Source of the DNA: Thermoplasmata archaeon | Lineage (GTDB): Archaea; Thermoplasmatota; SW-10-69-26; JACQPN01; JAJPHT01 | Direction: 5' to 3' | DNA: 39,386 bases | Assembly (NCBI GenBank): GCA_034667685.1 | Contig: JAXDQU010000020.1 | Location: 1 to 39,386 of the forward strand | Shown here: in pieces, positions 33,652 to 39,386 of the stretch | How the letters are laid out: every line of letters begins with the position of its first letter | Position numbering within the stretch: position 1 is the stretch's first letter | Program-made: the position numbers and the translations under genes | Notes under the pieces: model-generated | Seen by the model: the letters and a program-made list of their open reading frames with translations, nothing else | Told to the model about the DNA's origin: nothing | The model's database searches: none

Positions 33652-34842
33652 ATGCGCGCGCCGCTCCTCGCGCTGCTGCTGGCCGCGATCCTGGCTCTTC
33701 CCGCGCGCGTCCAGGCCGCCGCGGACGACCCCACCGACCCGCGCACCATGACGTGGATCGAGCCGGGCGCGCTCGCGCTGGGCGGCGGCGGGCTCGACGC
33801 AGACCAGGTCGCCTGGCTCGCCTCGCAGGGCGTGCGCGCCATCGCCGACGTCCGCGCCGAGCACGAGGACCCGGCCGACGCCATCGCCGCGCAGGGCATG
33901 GACTTCCTCTGGCTGCCCATCGACAAGGCCTCGGACATGGACGCGGGCGACGTCGCGCGCTTCGTCGCGTGGGCGCAGGACGAGGCGGCGCGGGGCAAGC
34001 CGATCTACCTCCACTGCACGAACGGCTGGCACCGCAGCGCCGCGTTCGCCATCGCCTTCGAGATGGCGCAGCGCAACCTCACCTTCGACGAGGCCGCCAG
34101 GCGCGTCGAGTCGCTGCGCCCCGAGGTCCTCGAGCGCGCGCCCGGCCCTCTTCTGGCCTACCAGGCGATGCGCGCGGGCCAGCCGGGCCTCGACGTCGTC
34201 CTCGACGCGCCCGCCACCGCGCCGCGCGACGACGCGCCGCTCCCCGTCACCGTGCACGTCTTCGCCGGCGCGCAGCCGGCCGCGGGCGCGCGCGTGCGGG
34301 CGTGGACCGCCGAGCACGCGCTCGACCTCGCGCTCGTCACGAACGAGACCGGCGAGGCGACGTTCGATCTCCCGCGGCCCGACGACGGCTCGTTCATGGA
34401 CCACCTCTATGCGCGCGCGTCGCTGCCCGGCTTCGTGGATGGCGCCGACCAGGCCGAGGTGCTCTACGGCGCGGACGTGAAGCCGGCCAAGGACCTCGCG
34501 CTGGACCTCCACGCGACCGACGACGCGCTCCGCGTCCGGCTGCGCTGGGCCTCCGGCGAGCTGCACGCGCGCGTGTACGCGACGGACGGCGAAGGATGGA
34601 GCGCGTTCGCCGCGACGGCGAACGGCAGCGTGGTCCTCCCCGCGCCACCGGCGGGCCACACGGTCACGGTGCGCGCGTGGAGCTGGGGCGCCGGCGCGCG
34701 CACGGCCACGGCGGAGCGCGCGCCCGAGCGCATGCCGATCGCGGTGGCGGGCAACCGCGTGCCCACGCCCAGCCTCGGCGCCGCGTTGGCCGCGGTCGCG
34801 CTCGTCGTGCTTGCCCGGCGGCGCGTCCGACGAGGCCTTTAA
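33652..34842 (+). CDS. Secreted, surface-anchored dual-specificity/protein-tyrosine phosphatase-like protein
   Basis: Signal peptide; WLPIDK (WPD-like loop); IYLHCTNGWHRS CX5R motif; beta-rich domains; C-terminal VPTP-hydrophobic-RRR anchor. Confidence 0.8.
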   Translation: MRAPLLALLLAAILALPARVQAAADDPTDPRTMTWIEPGALALGGGGLDADQVAWLASQGVRAIADVRAEHEDPADAIAAQGMDFLWLPIDKASDMDAGDVARFVAWAQDEAARGKPIYLHCTNGWHRSAAFAIAFEMAQRNLTFDEAARRVESLRPEVLERAPGPLLAYQAMRAGQPGLDVVLDAPATAPRDDAPLPVTVHVFAGAQPAAGARVRAWTAEHALDLALVTNETGEATFDLPRPDDGSFMDHLYARASLPGFVDGADQAEVLYGADVKPAKDLALDLHATDDALRVRLRWASGELHARVYATDGEGWSAFAATANGSVVLPAPPAGHTVTVRAWSWGAGARTATAERAPERMPIAVAGNRVPTPSLGAALAAVALVVLARRRVRRGL

Positions 34843-34870
34843 GGGCGCGCGGAGGTTCCGCTCCGTTCGC

Positions 34871-36340
34871 ATGCGCATCGACCCGTGGGCCTCGCAGCAG
34901 AGCACGGACTACGCGCGCCTGCGCAGCGAGTTCGGCATCCAGCCGTTCGACCCCGAGCTGCTGCCCGAGCCCTCGCCGCTGATGCAGCGCGGCGTGATCT
35001 TCGGGCAGCGCGGCTTCGAGCCCGTCGCCCGCGCCGTGCGCCGCGCCGAGCCCTTCGGCGTGCTCACGGGCCTGATGCCCAGCGGGCCGATGCACTTCGG
35101 CCACAAGCTCGTCATGGATCAGGTCACGTACTACCAGAAGCTCGGCGCGGACGTGACGATCACGGTCGCCGACATCGAGGCGTACGCCACGCGCAACATG
35201 AGCCTGGAGAAGGCGCGCGAGTACGCGTTCCGTTACTACATCCCCTACTACCTCGCGCTCGGGCTTGATATCAAGACCGCGAGCCTCTACTTCCAGAGCC
35301 AGCGCCAGGCCGTGAAGGACCTCTCGTGGAAATTGGGCCGCAAGGTCAACTGGAGCACGATGGAGGCGATCTACGGCTTCGGCGGCTCGACCAACATGGG
35401 GCACGCCGTCGCGCCGCTCGTGCAGGTGGGCGACATCCTCCACGTGCAGATGCCGGAGCGCGGCGGCCCGCGGCCCATCGTCGTGCCCGTCGGCGTCGAC
35501 CAGGATCCGCACGTCCGCCTCACGCGCGACCTCGCCGTCGCGAACCGGCTCCTGAACCTCCAGCCGGAAGGGCTCGTCACGGTCAGCGACTCGCAGAACG
35601 AGGGCGCGATGGCCGCGCTCTTCGCGGCGCTGCGCGACGCCGTCGAGCGGGCCGCCCAGACCGAGGGGTTCCGCGCGAGCGAGACGTCCCGCGAGTTCTA
35701 CAAGGAATGGCGCAAGGAGTCCGAGCGCGCCGCGAAGAGCCCGACGCGCGAGAACCACCTCAAGGCCATCCTCCTCGCGGCGCGCGGCCTCGCGCTGGAG
35801 CCGCTCGGATTCGACCGGCGCGCCGTCACGCCCAACGCGCCCCATGGTGTCATGACGATCGGGGGCTTCACGCCCGACGTCGTGCCCGACGTGGACCAGG
35901 CGCTCGCGAAGGTCGAGCAGCAGGCGGGCGGCTTCGGCTTCCTGCCTCCGGCGGCGACGTACCACCGCTTCATGCAAGGCCTGCAGGGCGGCAAGATGAG
36001 CAGCAGCAAGCCCGAGAGCCACATCTCGCTGGAGGACACGCCCGAGGAGGCCGCGAAGAAGATGGGCAGCGCGCTCACGGGCGGACGCGAGACGGCCGAG
36101 GAGCAGCGCCGGCTCGGCGGCCGGGCGGAGGAGTGCATGGTCTACGAGACCTACGTCTACCACCTCGTGCCCGACGCGAAGGAGCTGGGCAAGCTCTACG
36201 ACGACTGCAAGTCGGGCAAGATGCTCTGCGGCGAGTGCAAGGGCATCGCCAAGGAGAAGGTCCGCGCGTTCATGAAGGACCTCCAGGAGAAGAAGGCGGA
36301 GCGCGAGCACCTGGTCAAGGAGCTGGTGCGGGCGGACTGA
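34871..36340 (+). CDS. trpS: Tryptophan--tRNA ligase
   Basis: IDPW, TGLMPSGPMHFGH (HIGH), VPVGVDQDPH, KMSSS, CGECK; CTTTAAG about 30 nt upstream. Confidence 0.96.
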   Translation: MRIDPWASQQSTDYARLRSEFGIQPFDPELLPEPSPLMQRGVIFGQRGFEPVARAVRRAEPFGVLTGLMPSGPMHFGHKLVMDQVTYYQKLGADVTITVADIEAYATRNMSLEKAREYAFRYYIPYYLALGLDIKTASLYFQSQRQAVKDLSWKLGRKVNWSTMEAIYGFGGSTNMGHAVAPLVQVGDILHVQMPERGGPRPIVVPVGVDQDPHVRLTRDLAVANRLLNLQPEGLVTVSDSQNEGAMAALFAALRDAVERAAQTEGFRASETSREFYKEWRKESERAAKSPTRENHLKAILLAARGLALEPLGFDRRAVTPNAPHGVMTIGGFTPDVVPDVDQALAKVEQQAGGFGFLPPAATYHRFMQGLQGGKMSSSKPESHISLEDTPEEAAKKMGSALTGGRETAEEQRRLGGRAEECMVYETYVYHLVPDAKELGKLYDDCKSGKMLCGECKGIAKEKVRAFMKDLQEKKAEREHLVKELVRAD

Positions 36341-37348
36341 ATGCGGCCCGAGCCCGTCACCACCAACCCGCTCAACGCGCACACGCCCGCCGCGGCGCTG
36401 CGCGATCGGCTCACGCCCGCCTCCGCGTTCTACGTGCGCAGCCACTTCGCCGCGCCCAAGCTCGACCCCGGGACGTGGCGCCTCCGCCTGCCCGATCGGG
36501 CCCTTTCGCTCTCCGAGCTTCGCGCCATGCCGCAGCGCAGCCTCGACGTCGTGCTTGAATGCGCGGGCAACGGACGCACGCGCATGTCGCCGGTGCCGCC
36601 GGGCACGCCGTGGGGCGAGCGCGCCGTCGCGTGCGGGCGCTTCGAGGGCGTCCCGCTGCGTGAATTGCTATCGCCGCCGGCCGACGCGACGGAGATCGTC
36701 TTCGAGGGCGCCGACGAGGGCGAGAAGAACGGCGAGCGGATGCGCTACGCGCGCAGCCTCCCCGTGGCGGAGGCGATGCGGCCCGACGTGCTCGTGGCGT
36801 TGAGCCTGGATGGCGCGCCCCTCGCGCTGGACCACGGCGCCCCGGCGCGCCTCGTCGTGCCGGGCTGGTATGGCATGGCGAGCGTCAAGTGGCTCGTCGA
36901 CGTGCGTGCCACGCGCGAGCCATTCGCGGGCCACTTCCAGGCGAGCGACTACTGGGTCCGGCGCTCGCGCGACGGCGAGCCCGACGCCCCTCTCTCCGCC
37001 ATGCGCGTGAAATCGCTCGTGGTCGCGCCCGGCGAGGGGGAGCGCCTGCGCGCCGGCGAGCCCACCGAGGTCTGGGGCTGGGCCTGGAGCGGCGCGGGGC
37101 CGATCCACGCGGTCGAGGTGTCGCGCGACGGCGGCCGCGCGTGGCACGCCGCGACGCTGGAGCGCCCCGCCTCGCCCTACGCCTGGACGCGCTGGTCGCT
37201 GGCGTGGACGCCGCAGACGCGCGGACGCGTCACGCTGCTCTCCCGCGCGACCGACGCCGCGGGGCACGCTCAGCCGCTGGAGACGCCGTGGAACGCGCAG
37301 GGCTACGGCAACAACGAGTGCGGCCACGCGACGGTCGAGGTCGGCTGA
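36341..37348 (+). CDS. Sulfite oxidase-family molybdopterin-dependent oxidoreductase
   Basis: FYVRSH, LECAGNGR, GAD, HGAPARLVVPGWYGMASVKWL, WNAQGYGNN. Confidence 0.92.
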   Translation: MRPEPVTTNPLNAHTPAAALRDRLTPASAFYVRSHFAAPKLDPGTWRLRLPDRALSLSELRAMPQRSLDVVLECAGNGRTRMSPVPPGTPWGERAVACGRFEGVPLRELLSPPADATEIVFEGADEGEKNGERMRYARSLPVAEAMRPDVLVALSLDGAPLALDHGAPARLVVPGWYGMASVKWLVDVRATREPFAGHFQASDYWVRRSRDGEPDAPLSAMRVKSLVVAPGEGERLRAGEPTEVWGWAWSGAGPIHAVEVSRDGGRAWHAATLERPASPYAWTRWSLAWTPQTRGRVTLLSRATDAAGHAQPLETPWNAQGYGNNECGHATVEVG

Positions 37349-37385
37349 GCAAACCCTTTTGGCGCCCTGTCAGGTTTGGCGCCCG

Positions 37386-38885
37386 ATGCAGGAGCTCTCC
37401 AACCTCGAGAAGCGCGTCCTCCTGGCGCTCGGGAGCCTGGGCGAGTCCGCCACGCCCGAGCAGATCCGCGACGCGGGCGCGTTCGGCGAGCTCGTGCAGG
37501 TCATGAACGGCTCCTCCTGGCTCCAGGCCAAGGGGCTCGTGCGCCACGAGGAGACGCTGCGCACCTTCATCGCCCTCGGAAGCGAGGGGCGCGCGGCGCT
37601 GGAGCGCGGGCTTCCCGAGCGGCGGGCCGTGGACGCGCTCAAGCGCGCGGGCGGCACGCTGGCGATCGCGGCGCTGGAGCGCGAGCTGGGCTCCGAGGTC
37701 AGCGTGGCGACGGGCTGGCTGCGGCGCAAGCAGCTCGCGGCCATCGAGAAGCGTCCCGAAGGCAATGCGCTCGTGCTCACCGCGAAGGGCGAGCACGAGG
37801 TGCACGGCCCCGACGAGGAGGTCCTCCAGCAGCTCGCGGGCGGCGAGCGCCCCGAGCCCGAGATCGACGCGGAGGGCCTGAAGCTCCTGCTCCAGCGCCA
37901 GAACGTCGTGCGCCGCCGCGAGGAGATCACGCGCATCATCCACCTCACCACCAAGGGCAAGCTCGCGCTCCAGAAGGGCGTCGAGGTGAAGCCCGAGGTC
38001 AACGAGATCACGTCCGACCTCATCGGCTCAGGCAAGTGGCGCGACGTGGACATCAGGCCCTACGACGTCACGGCGTTCGCGCCCACGGCGACCGGCGGCC
38101 GCAAGCACCCCCTGCGCCAGATCATCGACCGCATCCGCCTCGCGTTCCTGGAGATGGGCTTCAGCGAGATCGAGGGCCCCACCGTGCGCAGCGCGTTCTG
38201 GAACATGGACGCGCTCTTCACGCCGCAGGACCACCCGGCGCGCGCGATGCAGGACACGTTCTACCTGAACAACCCGTCGCGCTTCGCGCTGAAGGACGAC
38301 GAGGTGGCCCTGGTCAAGGCGATCCACGAGCACGGCGGCGAGACCGGCTCGCGCGGCTGGCGCAACGCCTGGAGCCGCGAGGTGGGCGAGCAGGCGCTCC
38401 TGCGCACGCACACCACCGTCGACACCATCCAGTGGCTCGCGCGCCACCCGGACCCGCCCGTGAAGGTCTTCAGCGTCGACCGCGTGTTCCGCAACGAGGC
38501 GATCGACGCGACGCACCTGCCCGAGTTCCACCAGGTCGAGGGCATCGTCATGGAGGAGGGCGCGAACCTCCGCCAGCTCATCGGCCTGCTCAAGCAGTTC
38601 TACGCCAAGATGGGCTTCGAGGACGTGCAGGTGCGCGCGAGCTACTACCCGTACACCGAGCCCTCGCTCGACGTCGCGGTGTGGTACAACAACCGCTGGC
38701 TGGAGCTTGGCGGCGCGGGCATCTTCCGCCCCGAGGTCACCGAGCCCTGGGGCATCAAGCACCCCGTCCTCGCCTGGGGGCTCGGCCTCGAAAGGCTCGG
38801 CATGCTCATGCTCGGGCTCAAGGACCTGCGCGAATTGTACGTCAGCGACGTCGAGTGGCTGCGCAACCAGCCGTTGATCGAGTGA
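37386..38885 (+). CDS. pheS: Phenylalanine--tRNA ligase alpha subunit (archaeal type)
   Basis: FWNMDALFTPQDHPAR, LLRTHTT, FRNE..DATHLPEFHQ, YPYTEPS, ELGGAGIFRPE, AWGLGLERL. Confidence 0.97.
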   Translation: MQELSNLEKRVLLALGSLGESATPEQIRDAGAFGELVQVMNGSSWLQAKGLVRHEETLRTFIALGSEGRAALERGLPERRAVDALKRAGGTLAIAALERELGSEVSVATGWLRRKQLAAIEKRPEGNALVLTAKGEHEVHGPDEEVLQQLAGGERPEPEIDAEGLKLLLQRQNVVRRREEITRIIHLTTKGKLALQKGVEVKPEVNEITSDLIGSGKWRDVDIRPYDVTAFAPTATGGRKHPLRQIIDRIRLAFLEMGFSEIEGPTVRSAFWNMDALFTPQDHPARAMQDTFYLNNPSRFALKDDEVALVKAIHEHGGETGSRGWRNAWSREVGEQALLRTHTTVDTIQWLARHPDPPVKVFSVDRVFRNEAIDATHLPEFHQVEGIVMEEGANLRQLIGLLKQFYAKMGFEDVQVRASYYPYTEPSLDVAVWYNNRWLELGGAGIFRPEVTEPWGIKHPVLAWGLGLERLGMLMLGLKDLRELYVSDVEWLRNQPLIE

Positions 38886-38890
38886 GTGGC

Positions 38891-38959
38891 GCTCCCTTCC
38901 CAACACCGCGCATCCGAGTCATCCGCGGATTCCGGGATTCTCGGTGTCGGGAAGGGAGC
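38891..38959. terminator. Hairpin between convergent genes (18-bp outer arms, 1 mismatch)
   Basis: gctcccttcccaacaccg / cggtgtcgggaagggagc. Confidence 0.65.
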
Positions 38960-38980
38960 CTACGGTTCCTCCATGATGGT

Positions 38981-39268
38981 TCAGCTTGACTTCGGGCCGT
39001 GCCGCTTCCCGATGTGGAAGCTCTCGAAGAGCGAATGATAGCCGTCGCGGATGCAATGCGCCCAGGAGCGCGTCTGCGCGCCGGTCATGTTGGCATGGTC
39101 GACGGTCGTGTCGCGGCAGCCCTCGCGCACGTCCTTCATCTTCGCGAGGAGGCCGGACCACCCCGGCTTGTGGCCGGCGTGGGCAGCCGCGTCAGGCTTC
39201 GCCGCGAGGGCGACGGGCGCCGCGAGGAGGCCGAGCGTGAGCATCACGGCGATCAGGATCGGTCGCAT
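38981..39268 (-). CDS. Small secreted hypothetical protein (95 aa, Cys pair)
   Basis: Signal peptide MRPILIAVMLTLGLLAAPVALA; TTGATAT about 25 nt upstream. Confidence 0.7.
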   Translation of the reverse strand: MRPILIAVMLTLGLLAAPVALAAKPDAAAHAGHKPGWSGLLAKMKDVREGCRDTTVDHANMTGAQTRSWAHCIRDGYHSLFESFHIGKRHGPKSS

Positions 39269-39386
39269 GGCCTCCACGAGGGCTCGAGGCCATATCAAGG
39301 AGTTCCGGCAGACGTCGAACGGTCTTGGCGGCGGCCCGCGGCGTGAGCCGTGCGATGTGGAACGTGTGACGTGCAACGACAACGTG

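Overview
High-GC archaeal genomic window. The evidence is archaeal-type ribosomal proteins (S4e, L32e, L19e), SUI1 and Rpp29, TATA-like promoters with leaderless starts, and GGTGA Shine-Dalgarno sites. Lys-rich ribosomal proteins argue against a haloarchaeon, so a Thermoplasmatota-like lineage is inferred. The left part holds secreted/Gly-rich proteins, then a large FAD/Fe-S/2Fe-2S oxidoreductase fusion divergent from a cupredoxin-Rieske-cytochrome b6-subunit IV operon with no cytochrome c1. Next come three tandem paralogs of an unrecognised ~135-145 aa family next to a 4-unit non-coding tandem repeat array, followed by an A-type Fe-S carrier, a KynB-like cyclase, tRNA-Ser(GCT), a DEAD-box helicase and a NikR-like regulator with a ZnuACB-type ABC transporter. 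The centre is the L3-L15 ribosomal protein cluster. It is preceded by a ~280-nt highly structured non-coding leader, interrupted between S8 and L6 by a composite palindromic element that recurs (inverted) after L15, and is not followed by secY. The right part holds a surface-anchored CX5R phosphatase, trpS, a sulfite-oxidase-family protein and pheS. Several intergenic spaces carry long palindromes built from 6-9 bp tandem units. Best novelty candidates are the paralog triplet with its repeat array, the structured RNA upstream of rpl3, and the composite palindromic element family.
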